DNA of 64,000 nt, taken from the NCBI GenBank assembly GCA_964404175.1, contig CAYOJA010000001.1, positions 29,506 to 93,505 of the forward strand. Reading direction: 5' to 3'. Each line of letters opens with the position of its first letter. The stretch's first letter is position 1. Below, piece after piece: positions 21,361-30,941 of the stretch. The notes below the pieces were generated by a model. The model worked only from the letters and a program-made list of their open reading frames with translations, searched no databases and was not told the DNA's origin. This DNA comes from an uncultured Thiobacillus sp. Lineage in GTDB: Bacteria; Pseudomonadota; Gammaproteobacteria; Burkholderiales; Thiobacillaceae. The position numbers and the translations under genes were made by a program.

Positions 21361-21560
21361 CCATACGTCGCCGCAATTGCAAAAATGCAATAAAGTAGTT
21401 ACGTGAAAACGTTGTGTTAGCTTTCGAGGTGACATCATGCCCATCGGCATCATCAGCCACGACAACTCGTGCCGCTCCGCGAGCAGATGATGCGTTAGAT
21501 GGGGAGGGTGGTATGCCCTCCTGAGTAACATCGCAGGAGAGCAAGAAAAAGGATAAAAAC

Positions 21561-22067
21561 ATGAAAACTCAAACCCGCCGAATTCTGTTCCCGCTTGCAG
21601 GCGCGGTGCTGGGCATGCTTGCCGGTGCTGGTTTTGGCATGGACAAAGGCATCGCGGCAAGTGCGGCCTTCTTCGGCTTTGTAGGCTTCGGCCTGGGCTA
21701 CGCCCTGCATGACTTCAACTGGAAACGCAACCGCAAAACCGCCTTGGCTCTGCTGCTGGCCTTCCTGACGCCGATCATCGGATTTGCCTGGTTGATGGCT
21801 CCCCATGTATTCGGCCTGGCGGGCATTACGCCCGCCGGCCTGGCGCAAGTTGCTGTGATCGCGCTGACTGTCGGCCCGGCCATCGGCGGTCTGCTCGCGC
21901 TCGTCGTCTACGCTGCTGCAAATACCTTCGGACTGATCGATGAGGCGCAGGGCTGGCAGGGTGGCGGGGTGCTGGACGACGAAGATACATGGCATGAAGA
22001 CAATGGATATACGAATGGCATCTACGGTTTTGGACTTTATTCAAATGGAATGAAGATTGATGAATAA
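21561..22067 (+). CDS. Multi-pass membrane protein with acidic tail, convergent on traG; candidate entry-exclusion protein
   Basis: About four hydrophobic helices, AAGGA RBS, stop 9 bp from traG stop. Confidence 0.55.
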   Translation: MKTQTRRILFPLAGAVLGMLAGAGFGMDKGIAASAAFFGFVGFGLGYALHDFNWKRNRKTALALLLAFLTPIIGFAWLMAPHVFGLAGITPAGLAQVAVIALTVGPAIGGLLALVVYAAANTFGLIDEAQGWQGGGVLDDEDTWHEDNGYTNGIYGFGLYSNGMKIDE

Positions 22068-22076
22068 GACTCCATC

Positions 22077-25000
22077 CTATTTTTTCGTCCCTTCCTTTGC
22101 CCCATCTGGCTGGTAGCCGATCTTCTCCTGGAACTGCTCCAGGGTAGGTTTGGCTCCTGGCACATTGATTCCCGCGGTTTCATTCGGAAGCGTTTGCTGC
22201 AGCGAAAGCTTCATGTCATCGGTAGCGACTTCTTCCGCCGTATTCATGAGTTTGTTGTAAGTCGCCACATTATGCGATTTTGGGGCTGCATCGCCTGCCT
22301 CGCCTTGGTAGCGCAACTCTCCTGATTCCTGCATCGCCTCGTGGTAGTCCATCGCCTTTTGCTGCTTTACTTCGCCTTGGTCGTGATAGTCCTGGGCTTT
22401 ACCCGGTAGATCGCTGTTGGAATTGGCTGCTGCGGATCCGGCGCCTACAGGCGCGCCTGAATTGGGCACATCCCTGAGATGGCCCGCATGCAGGGTGCGT
22501 ATCTGATTTGCCAAAGCCGGGTCGTCCATCATGGCCTGTGCCAGCGCCTGGACTTCCTCAGGTGTGCCACGCACCGCTGTGCCATCCTGGTATGCGGATG
22601 GCAATTGGCCACCCTGATCGTATCCCATGGTCTTTAGGCCATCGAATGCTACTTGGTCGCGTTGTCCGGATGGCGCGGCTTCGACGGCTTCGACCAATGC
22701 CAACGCTGCATTTGTATTTCCCGGATCCTTGAGCGGATCGTAATTGACGCCCACTCCACGGGACGAGCTTTGATTGGCCTGTTGGGTGAGGTCTTCCGCC
22801 TCGCGGAATTCCGCTTGCGCCTGGTCGAGGTGCGTGCGCCGACTGCTAAGTGTCGCCCCTGTCGTTTTACTGTCCGCATCCTGTCCAAGCACCGAATGGC
22901 GGAAATCGCGGTCTTTCTCCAGCCGATCGAAGAATGCCTGCCTCGCCTCGGCATTGCCCAGCACCGCGCTTTTCTCGCCAGTGCTACTTTGCTTCTGAAT
23001 CCCGGCCGCGTATTCCTGCGCAAGATCAATACCTCCGTTAAGGTTTGCCTTGACCGCTGATCTGCCGCTTCTCGACTCCCGTGACTGGATACCCCCGTCA
23101 CCCGCACCCGTATCCTTGCCTGATGCAGTAGTCACGGTTTGGTTGCTGCCAAGCGCAACATCACCACCAGCGTTAGCTCGAACGCTTCCTTTCTGCGAAG
23201 CTTGGTTTCTGGTCGTATAAGATGCGCCGCTGCCAGATTCCTCACCAGAACTCGCGGAGTCACCCAATGATCCTGTGAAATCTCCTCCCGAGTTCGATCT
23301 CCCGCCAAAGCCACTCTGGTTGGTGGTGGCGAGCGACGACAGATGAGCGCGGGCTTTGGACAGAATGGTTTCTTCTGCCTTCCCTGCAGCGATGGTATGG
23401 GCTTGCCCGGCCGATGCATGTTTACCGGCTTGCTGGAGCAGACCGGCGTTCTGACCGGCTGTGATTGAAGCCCCCACCCTCAGGGCATTCATAGGTTGCG
23501 CTGCGGTTGATGTTCCATTTCCATAGGACGACATCACCGTTCCGTCCGCTCCAACAGCCTGGTCTATCGCGGCACCATGCCGGTTCATCGGCGCGGTATT
23601 CCATTGATCCGAGCTTCTATTGTTCGCGCTCCAGTTCCCCATGGTGACATTGCCCCATTGAGTGTTGCCAGCGCTGATATTCCCGGTACCGACCTGCGCG
23701 CCTGCGGTTTGAGCGGAGGAATTTGCCGGGCTCATAACGCCTGATATGACGCTGGTGAAAGATGCCGCGCTGACATTGGTCAGCATGTAGGCGATGACCG
23801 GTACCGAGAGCGTGAGAATACCGGCAACACCCTGATCAGAAATCATGGAGTGCATCAGCGCCTGATGGCTTGCGTAGGAGAGGGGATTCATCCCGTCGAT
23901 GGCAGCCTTGGCACCGAGCGTCGCGTACCAGCTGGTGAAGAAATTCAGCGCTGCGTAAACCGGCGCCCAGAGGTTGATCCATAACAAGGCCATCAGATAG
24001 GTTTTGAGAACCAGGCCACCCTTTGATCCAGCCACAATGATCAGGAGCATGACGATTGGAAACAGCGCCAGAATCACGATATGGATGGCGTTTCGGATCA
24101 GGGGCATGGACGACTCGGCGATCTTGGCCATGGTCCGATAGCTGCTGTTTGCGCTGGCGGATGCCATCGCCGTCGATAGCGCGACCTGCGCCGATGTCGT
24201 ATCACCGATCATCTGTGGCACAAAAACCGTGGAATCCGCGATCAGGTTGATCATCGCCGCCTGCTTGATGGAGTCCTGTGCGGTTTGACTCACCCCGAAA
24301 ATGAAGTTGTCTACGGCAGGTAATTGAGCGGCCACCAGTGCGGAGGCAGCTGCAGAGGTAGGCGAGCTCGGGTTGAGCATCCTGCCCAGGCGGGGCAGGA
24401 TGTCATTTGAAACATGCGGGTTGATCTGGGCATCAATGTAAGACCAGGCCTGATCACAGCCGACGATCTTGTAGATGCCTGCTGCGTTGTCATAAACCTG
24501 AACCAGTAGCCCGGGGTTCATCTGGGGGGCGATGTCTGCCCAGATGTCGCCCGACTTCATGATCTGATCGAAAAAAGGCCCGTTGTTGTTCAGTTCCGGA
24601 TAAACACAATCCTTGGTCAGGTTGGTCAGGGAGCTGACCAGATTGGGATCGTAGAAGCGCACGCTCTGTCTATCCTTGATGGCACGCGATCCGAACATGA
24701 AGCCGGTCTTCTCAAAGGAAATATCGCCAGGAAGCGCAAATACCGTTTCGCTTACTTTGGTGAGCCAATAGCCGATGTGGCTCTCCGCACTGGCAAAAAC
24801 CGCGAGCCCCAGAGGTACGTTGGCCACTGTATACGTACCGGAACCACCAGCCACGTCGACCACAACCACGTCTTTCTTGGGCAAGAAGAGGCCCACATAC
24901 CAGATGGCCAGCATCAGCATATAGATTGCTGCATCCTCGCCGCGTGCCTTCACGAAAGTCGTGGCGACGGCAACGAACAACCCAAATATCGCGAAGACTT

Positions 25001-25100
25001 TCATCAAGCCGGTGTAGTCGCTCATCGAGGTGAGCATCGCTACAGCGTCGAGCACGTACTTGATCTGCTGGGCGTCCCAATAGGCGTAGATTGTATCCAT
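22077..25100 (-). CDS. traG: Mating-pair stabilisation protein TraG
   Basis: 1007 aa; TraG_N-like TM region (VANVPLGLAVFAS, LLWINLWAPVYAALN) and low-complexity C-terminus; follows traH. Confidence 0.9.
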   Translation of the reverse strand: MDTIYAYWDAQQIKYVLDAVAMLTSMSDYTGLMKVFAIFGLFVAVATTFVKARGEDAAIYMLMLAIWYVGLFLPKKDVVVVDVAGGSGTYTVANVPLGLAVFASAESHIGYWLTKVSETVFALPGDISFEKTGFMFGSRAIKDRQSVRFYDPNLVSSLTNLTKDCVYPELNNNGPFFDQIMKSGDIWADIAPQMNPGLLVQVYDNAAGIYKIVGCDQAWSYIDAQINPHVSNDILPRLGRMLNPSSPTSAAASALVAAQLPAVDNFIFGVSQTAQDSIKQAAMINLIADSTVFVPQMIGDTTSAQVALSTAMASASANSSYRTMAKIAESSMPLIRNAIHIVILALFPIVMLLIIVAGSKGGLVLKTYLMALLWINLWAPVYAALNFFTSWYATLGAKAAIDGMNPLSYASHQALMHSMISDQGVAGILTLSVPVIAYMLTNVSAASFTSVISGVMSPANSSAQTAGAQVGTGNISAGNTQWGNVTMGNWSANNRSSDQWNTAPMNRHGAAIDQAVGADGTVMSSYGNGTSTAAQPMNALRVGASITAGQNAGLLQQAGKHASAGQAHTIAAGKAEETILSKARAHLSSLATTNQSGFGGRSNSGGDFTGSLGDSASSGEESGSGASYTTRNQASQKGSVRANAGGDVALGSNQTVTTASGKDTGAGDGGIQSRESRSGRSAVKANLNGGIDLAQEYAAGIQKQSSTGEKSAVLGNAEARQAFFDRLEKDRDFRHSVLGQDADSKTTGATLSSRRTHLDQAQAEFREAEDLTQQANQSSSRGVGVNYDPLKDPGNTNAALALVEAVEAAPSGQRDQVAFDGLKTMGYDQGGQLPSAYQDGTAVRGTPEEVQALAQAMMDDPALANQIRTLHAGHLRDVPNSGAPVGAGSAAANSNSDLPGKAQDYHDQGEVKQQKAMDYHEAMQESGELRYQGEAGDAAPKSHNVATYNKLMNTAEEVATDDMKLSLQQTLPNETAGINVPGAKPTLEQFQEKIGYQPDGAKEGTKK

Positions 25101-25106
25101 GCCTGA

Positions 25107-26576
25107 TCAGCGGCTGCCGAAATCGATATTGGAGGTCAGGCGCGGGCCAAGGCTGGTGTACATCTGACGCTGGAAGTCCATCATCATCGCTACATTGCCC
25201 ATCTTCTTGGAGATGTCTTCCTGCTTGAGACCGTAGATCTTGATGGCCGTGTTCTTGATTTCGGCCAGTTTCCCCTGGAAGTCGTCTATCGCCTTGACAT
25301 CGGCCTTAACCGAAACTGTTTTGGTCTTGTTGAGCGCGTCATCGACCTCGCGGCTGATGTCCTGCATTTGGCGGAAAGCGATTTCAGTAGCGATCGCTTC
25401 CGAGAACCCATCAATGATGCGATCGGCAACTATAGTCGAGCCACGGCCGCTGTGGATGGACTGGGCGATCATCTGATAAATCGGTGTGCTGGTCATGGCG
25501 ATCACCTGTAGCGCTTTCGGGTCCGTCAGCGCTGTTCTAGTGACAATGGCGTCCTTCAACTTATTCAGCTGCTCATACACGATTGCCGTCATCCCTACGG
25601 TTGTACGGGGTGTCCCTTCGTCCGTTGCCGAGGCATAGGGAAGACAATCTGAACCGGACGGGCATTCACGGATCCTCATGGTATGTGTGCCGGACAATGG
25701 CCCCAAAAAATCTTCCCACGTGATGGTTGGCTTGAAATATTCCGTGGTGAAGCCGCTGGCGATGTCGCTGCTGTTCCTGATGAAGGTGATAGTCCCAAAG
25801 AGCGAAATGTACAGTTCGATTTCTTCATTGGAATACCCGCCCGCGCGTTCAAGGGCGTCGTAAACAAGGTTGAAATCCGATTTGAGTACCGGTTTTCCCG
25901 CACTGTCCAGGCAAAGCGCGGCATTCACGGTGCATGCCGCGTCATAGGCGGCCTTCGTGTTCGCCGGACTGGTTTGGGTATCTTCCTTGGCATTGAAGAA
26001 CGATCCATAGGAGCCGGTGAGCGCCGAACCGAAGACCTGGGCACGCTGCTCCATATCCATGTTCCGGGTATCGGGCGCGGTACCGACATACTGTTTGATC
26101 GCCTGGCAACTGCCGATCTGGAATTGGTTGAGCTGATTCATCGTCTTCGACAGATCGGTCAGCAGCCCATCGATCTCGGGAGCCATGGTTTTGAGGGCAA
26201 GCTGGAAGAAGTAGCCCACGGCGTTCTGCCCGATGTTTCGCAGCGCATTAACGAACGCATCCATGTTGACGAAGCCATAGGCTCCGAGCCAGGCGTCAAT
26301 CCCACCACAGCCCGCTTTGTAGCCTGGCGGGGAGAAGCTGAATAGATTGGTGGCGCGCTGCGGCGCGCGGTAAGAAAAACCTCCCAGCGCCATCGTCGTT
26401 TGTCCCTGCGACTCGTACACAGCGGAAGGCGTGACATTCATCGCCGCCCCTGCTGAATTGAAGTAGTCGTTCATCCAGTCCGACCCGGCCGCGATCGATG
26501 TCGTGGCAGGAACGGCCAGTCCCAGGCTCAGGGCCAGCATGGGGGAGACTGCCTTCAGACGTGTGCTGATTTTCAT
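25107..26576 (-). CDS. traH: Pilus assembly protein TraH
   Basis: GGFSYRAP, PPGYKAGCGGIDAWLG, FQLALKTMAPEI. Confidence 0.93.
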   Translation of the reverse strand: MKISTRLKAVSPMLALSLGLAVPATTSIAAGSDWMNDYFNSAGAAMNVTPSAVYESQGQTTMALGGFSYRAPQRATNLFSFSPPGYKAGCGGIDAWLGAYGFVNMDAFVNALRNIGQNAVGYFFQLALKTMAPEIDGLLTDLSKTMNQLNQFQIGSCQAIKQYVGTAPDTRNMDMEQRAQVFGSALTGSYGSFFNAKEDTQTSPANTKAAYDAACTVNAALCLDSAGKPVLKSDFNLVYDALERAGGYSNEEIELYISLFGTITFIRNSSDIASGFTTEYFKPTITWEDFLGPLSGTHTMRIRECPSGSDCLPYASATDEGTPRTTVGMTAIVYEQLNKLKDAIVTRTALTDPKALQVIAMTSTPIYQMIAQSIHSGRGSTIVADRIIDGFSEAIATEIAFRQMQDISREVDDALNKTKTVSVKADVKAIDDFQGKLAEIKNTAIKIYGLKQEDISKKMGNVAMMMDFQRQMYTSLGPRLTSNIDFGSR

Positions 26577-26590
26577 GATGGACTCCTTGT

Positions 26591-27406
26591 TCAGAACTCT
26601 TGGCCGGGCTGCGTGCGGGTCAACACGCGGATCCGCTCGATAATTTCATCAATCGCCAGCGCGCCGCTTCCGATCGGCACGGCCTGCTGGGTTTCCCGGT
26701 GAACCAGAAACAGCGCAGGCACCATCTGGATGCCCTGGCCATTGCTCACGGTCATCGAGATGCCGTTATCGCGCCTGGCATCAGGAAATTGGGGGAGGGT
26801 TCCACCGTCCATGCTGACGCCCATCACGGGCAAGCCATAATTTCGCTCCAGCAGGCGCAACACCGGCGCTTGCTGATGGCAGTAGGGGCAGTCCGATCGG
26901 AAGAAAAACATCAGGCCGTAGTCTCGCGACAGCTCGGCAAGGGTCTGCTCCTGCGCTTCACGCCGCATATCTTTCTTGTTGAGCTGGGCGAAGGTGGCCG
27001 TCGGTGACCGGTTGTTGTAGTCAACCGATGGTGTGGCCCATACCACGCGGCGTGCGGTATCGGCGAAGACCGAACTCTTGTCCATCACATAGGTCTGCGC
27101 TTCAAGATAACTGCGCACGTTCGCTTGTGTGGGCTGCATGATGGCCAGGTCTTTTAGCCTGGCCAACTCCTTCTGCAGATCCTCCATCGTTGTCATTGCC
27201 TTGATGGACTTCGGCTTGGCATCAGCCTTCTTGTCCTTCTTCACCGGCTGTGCGTCCGGCGGATACCAGTTGAACCCGCGCTCCGGGTTTTGCCACGGCG
27301 TATCGTCCCACCAGCCTTTACTTGCAGGGTCCGAGTCGGCGATAGCAAACACTGCCTGGCTTATCAACAGAGCCACTGCAGCAAGCAAGGCAATCGGTCG
27401 CTTCAA
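26591..27406 (-). CDS. traF: Thioredoxin-like pilus assembly protein TraF
   Basis: GFNWY, FFFRSDCPYCHQQAP, VPALFLV; TTG start with GGAG RBS. Confidence 0.9.
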   Translation of the reverse strand: MKRPIALLAAVALLISQAVFAIADSDPASKGWWDDTPWQNPERGFNWYPPDAQPVKKDKKADAKPKSIKAMTTMEDLQKELARLKDLAIMQPTQANVRSYLEAQTYVMDKSSVFADTARRVVWATPSVDYNNRSPTATFAQLNKKDMRREAQEQTLAELSRDYGLMFFFRSDCPYCHQQAPVLRLLERNYGLPVMGVSMDGGTLPQFPDARRDNGISMTVSNGQGIQMVPALFLVHRETQQAVPIGSGALAIDEIIERIRVLTRTQPGQEF

Positions 27407-27807
27407 CGCGCCTCTCCCATCCCGACAGGCGAGACCTGTGGCGGCTGGCCATCCCTGCATAGATTGAGTTCGTAGAACATGCTGAACGGCTCCATCGTGC
27501 CATTCACCGTTCTCATTTTGTGGGTTGGCATGCCGAGCACCAGCCTCAACCGCTTACAGCCGGGCCGGATAACCTGCACAGTCGTTACGGATGCCTTGAC
27601 CCGCGTGTTCGGAGGTGCCTTCGTGTCGTTCTTAAGCTTCTGAGCCATATCACCGATGAGCCAGGATTTGGCGGTCCCGTCCCTTGAGTCAATGGCCGCA
27701 AGTAACAAGCCTCGCACATTGGCTGTCTCAGGTAGCGTCGGAGCAGCCACGGATTCAAGGCTGGATCCAAGAAGAGTTAGAAGCAGCATTACGATTGTCC
27801 GATTCAT
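27403..27807 (-). CDS. Secreted hypothetical protein between traN and traF (position of GGI ycb)
   Basis: Signal peptide, two Cys, TTGA overlap with traF. Confidence 0.7.
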   Translation of the reverse strand: MNRTIVMLLLTLLGSSLESVAAPTLPETANVRGLLLAAIDSRDGTAKSWLIGDMAQKLKNDTKAPPNTRVKASVTTVQVIRPGCKRLRLVLGMPTHKMRTVNGTMEPFSMFYELNLCRDGQPPQVSPVGMGEAR

Positions 27808-27865
27808 GTTCTGAACATGGCTAGTGACAAAGATGAGTTCATGATCGCCTTTCATTCCAATCAAT

Positions 27866-29161
27866 CTAAGGCGTGCCGTAGTAGCTGTTGATCTTTGTCG
27901 TGGCACGGTCGATCGCGTAATCCGGGATTTTGACGCTGGCCTTCACATCCGCCACCACGCTGGAAAAGTCGATCAAGCTGAAGTCGATGCTCTGGAGTTC
28001 GGCAGGGGTTAGGCCACCGCAATCCGGGCTTTGGGGGCTCCCCCAGGATTTGCCAAGCTGAGATCGCCCGGAAGCAGCGATCAATCGTGCGATACGGGAG
28101 TTGAAACAGCAGTGCGATTGCTTCTTCTGCACGCAGACACCAAGGACTTTTTGGGAGCAATAGGTTCCGACATGAACGCAAAGATTCTGCTCGCGCTTCA
28201 TGCCAAGAATTTGCTCTTCTTGTTCGCATGAAACGAGCTCCATAATGATGTAGATCGCGATGGCAATCGCAAACGAAGCGGGATCGAAACCGACGAAGAA
28301 CGTCCCGCTTTCCCCAAGCAGAACGGTCGTACCGGCTGCTGGGGCGCCGTATCCAACGGTCAGACCAAAATAGCTGAACGAAGGACTAAACACCGATGAA
28401 GACCCGCTTCCCCCAAGAATTGACTCCATTCCATTTATCAGGAAATTCGGGGCGTCCGATTGGAACAGCGAATCGTAGACTGCTGTAGACCCTAAATATT
28501 GGATTGATTCAGTCCCGAAACTCTTCACCAGACTCGCGCCCATGCTGGTCATCATGTCGCTGTTGTTCTGATTGCTCCCCATCGAGTTAGTCTTGCAGCA
28601 ACTAAAAATCCCGAGCGTCACCCTGCATTTGCTGTTTTTGCCGTTGAACAGCGTCAGGGTATCCGGGTCCATGTAGTTGCCGGCCTGCCGCAGCGTCTCC
28701 ATGCCGGTGATCGCCAGCGCAAAATCACCGTCCGGCGTGTAGCCCGCATCGAAACACGTGCCATCCACGCAGTAGGTCTGTCCGCCGCAATCCGTGATGG
28801 TTTTAGACTCACCATCTGCCACCTTGCATTGATACGTTTGCTCATAGAGCGAGCACTTTGCTGGATCACCGTCCACATAGTCCACGCAACTTGATCCGAT
28901 CTGCGCACACCCCTGCGCGGCTAGAGGCGCGCAATCGTCCACGTAGTTCTGGGAGATGCAGTCGTACTTGCTTTCGTATTTCCAGCAATCGCGGGTCACC
29001 GGGTAGCCGCTTATCGTGCGCGTTTCCGGCCCCTCGATGCAGACCCTGGAATTCTTTGTGCAGGTGCCATCCCCTGCCAGCACCGGAGACGAGAGCAAGG
29101 GGAACAGGAGTGTGACGATGAGTAGCCGGGCTACCAGCCGCATCAAGGTTAGCGGCATCAT
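27866..29161 (-). CDS. traN: TraN C-terminal part with its own signal peptide
   Basis: CIEGPETRTISGYPVTRDCWKY, LFNGKNSKC, CCFNSRIARLI..GRSQLG, PDCGGLT. Confidence 0.9.
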   Translation of the reverse strand: MMPLTLMRLVARLLIVTLLFPLLSSPVLAGDGTCTKNSRVCIEGPETRTISGYPVTRDCWKYESKYDCISQNYVDDCAPLAAQGCAQIGSSCVDYVDGDPAKCSLYEQTYQCKVADGESKTITDCGGQTYCVDGTCFDAGYTPDGDFALAITGMETLRQAGNYMDPDTLTLFNGKNSKCRVTLGIFSCCKTNSMGSNQNNSDMMTSMGASLVKSFGTESIQYLGSTAVYDSLFQSDAPNFLINGMESILGGSGSSSVFSPSFSYFGLTVGYGAPAAGTTVLLGESGTFFVGFDPASFAIAIAIYIIMELVSCEQEEQILGMKREQNLCVHVGTYCSQKVLGVCVQKKQSHCCFNSRIARLIAASGRSQLGKSWGSPQSPDCGGLTPAELQSIDFSLIDFSSVVADVKASVKIPDYAIDRATTKINSYYGTP

Positions 29162-30243
29162 GGAAGCCTGGCCTCCAGCGCCGTACATTGGTTATCCCAG
29201 AAGTCCGTTTCAGTGACGATTGTCTTTGGCGGCGTGAAACCTGCTGTTGCTACTGCCTGATTTCCCCATCGCCAATCGATAGCGCGGAAGGTATAACTGC
29301 AAGTGTCTCCTGAACAACCCTGAATATATCCCGGCTCGTAGCCAATAAAGTTCTTAACAGTACAAGAACCTTTCCAGTGATTTATGGTTACAACTTCGTA
29401 ATTGAGGTAACCGTACTCATCCCAGCAACCATCGGTGTCGCAGGTGTGGCCGGTAACACCGTATTGCACCCTGTCTGAAACAGTAAATGGTGCCTTCGGA
29501 ACATCCAGGTAGCCGACACTACACACGCCATGCAATTCGTATGGCGTGAAACGAAGCCTGATCATCCCATCCGCACGATTCATGTCACAAAAGATATCTA
29601 CTTGCTGAATCGGGAATGGCAATCTGAATCCGCCGTACCATGTGCCTGGTACGCACGACTCGGATGTCGTAACACTAACCGTCAGGATTTCATTGCAAGA
29701 CTCCTCACCTGCCGTCAGGTATTGATTACAGGTTTCCGTTTGATACTTGTCCGGATCCTTGACCGTCTTCTCTGCGCATCCGGCATAACCCCCGCTCACG
29801 ATCAGGCTGCCGAGATATGTCTCTGCATCGCCCGACACCATGTTGCGTTTGACAACCAGCGGATCGGTTGTGGAGTTGAGCGGGAACATCACGTTCTTCT
29901 TGCCAGGGTCATTCATCAGCATCCTGACGCCTTCGCACTTCCCGTGGGTATGTGGATCGGGATCTGCCGTTCCTGCGGTGGATGTACAGCCAGTGACCCC
30001 CGCCGTGGCTGGCGCTGTCAGGCTACCTGTGCCGCCCATGTAGTAGCTGGAAGCAGGATCGGTGGCCGTATAGTTCGGCACCCCCGTGTTGGCATCGCTC
30101 GCTGTGGTGGTGCTGATCTTGCTTTTGGCTGTTCCGACATTCGCCTTGCCGAAGGTGTTGCCCTCATTGAAGGCATCGTTCGCGGTCATGTCGGCACAGG
30201 TCACACTTGAGACCAGGCACAGTGACAGCAGTAAAGCCTTCAC
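29158..30243 (-). CDS. TraN N-terminal-like protein (position of GGI ybi)
   Basis: Signal peptide, DAFNEGNTFG, Cys-rich, ends WDNQCTALEARLP; ATGA overlap with the next ORF. Confidence 0.75.
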   Translation of the reverse strand: MKALLLSLCLVSSVTCADMTANDAFNEGNTFGKANVGTAKSKISTTTASDANTGVPNYTATDPASSYYMGGTGSLTAPATAGVTGCTSTAGTADPDPHTHGKCEGVRMLMNDPGKKNVMFPLNSTTDPLVVKRNMVSGDAETYLGSLIVSGGYAGCAEKTVKDPDKYQTETCNQYLTAGEESCNEILTVSVTTSESCVPGTWYGGFRLPFPIQQVDIFCDMNRADGMIRLRFTPYELHGVCSVGYLDVPKAPFTVSDRVQYGVTGHTCDTDGCWDEYGYLNYEVVTINHWKGSCTVKNFIGYEPGYIQGCSGDTCSYTFRAIDWRWGNQAVATAGFTPPKTIVTETDFWDNQCTALEARLP

Positions 30244-30938
30244 GGCCGGTACTCCAGCATGGCCAGCCGTGATCGTGCCTCAGCGGCCAGTGGACTGCCG
30301 CCTTGTGCCCAGCGTTCAAGCACGTAATCAAGGGTGACATCGCCGGTCGCGCGCAGGCTCTGGCTGCATTCCTGTCTCAGGTTGTTCAGGCAGGCTTCGC
30401 CCTGCTGTCCTGTCGTCAGGACAAACGTGGGTGCTTGAACAACCTTGTATGCGCGGAATAAATCTGGGTGGATGATGATGGAAGCACCCGTTTCGGCAAT
30501 CGGCCTCAGTGCCTCCATGGCACGCGGCCAGTTTCCCTTGGCGAGCCCTCCCTCGACACCACGCAAGACCAGAACTGCACGGGTGCGCGCGGCTTGTCTG
30601 GCCAGATTTATCAGAGCCTTACCCGGCATGCCCAGGGTGACGAAGATCATGAGATTGTCGTCTTCCGGCTTCTGCGCTGTCTGGTTGTAGCGGGCCGCGA
30701 TCTGGCCGATGTCCACGCCGGAAGATGGAACCTTGATTTTGGGAAAGGCGCGAACCGCGCCATTACGCGCCGCCTGACTGGCAGCATCGATCGCCTGACT
30801 CGACTTCTGCCGCGCCACTGCGTCATCGCCATAGCCATTTATCTCTGGCAGGGTAGGGGGGGTGTCAGCCGCATACCCAGCGGATACGATGGCAGCGAAC
30901 AGAACAAGCAACAGCATTTTCATCACAGGCTTCTTCAT
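30240..30938 (-). CDS. trbC: Type-F pilin assembly protein TrbC
   Basis: MIFVTLGMP, VLVLRG, IHPDLFRAYKVVQAPTFV, GDVTLDYVLE. Confidence 0.9.
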   Translation of the reverse strand: MKKPVMKMLLLVLFAAIVSAGYAADTPPTLPEINGYGDDAVARQKSSQAIDAASQAARNGAVRAFPKIKVPSSGVDIGQIAARYNQTAQKPEDDNLMIFVTLGMPGKALINLARQAARTRAVLVLRGVEGGLAKGNWPRAMEALRPIAETGASIIIHPDLFRAYKVVQAPTFVLTTGQQGEACLNNLRQECSQSLRATGDVTLDYVLERWAQGGSPLAAEARSRLAMLEYRP

Positions 30939-30941
30939 CGA

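Noticed and set aside
29150-29190. traN as a frameshifted pseudogene
   Set aside because: Clean ATGA overlap and a separate signal peptide support two genes
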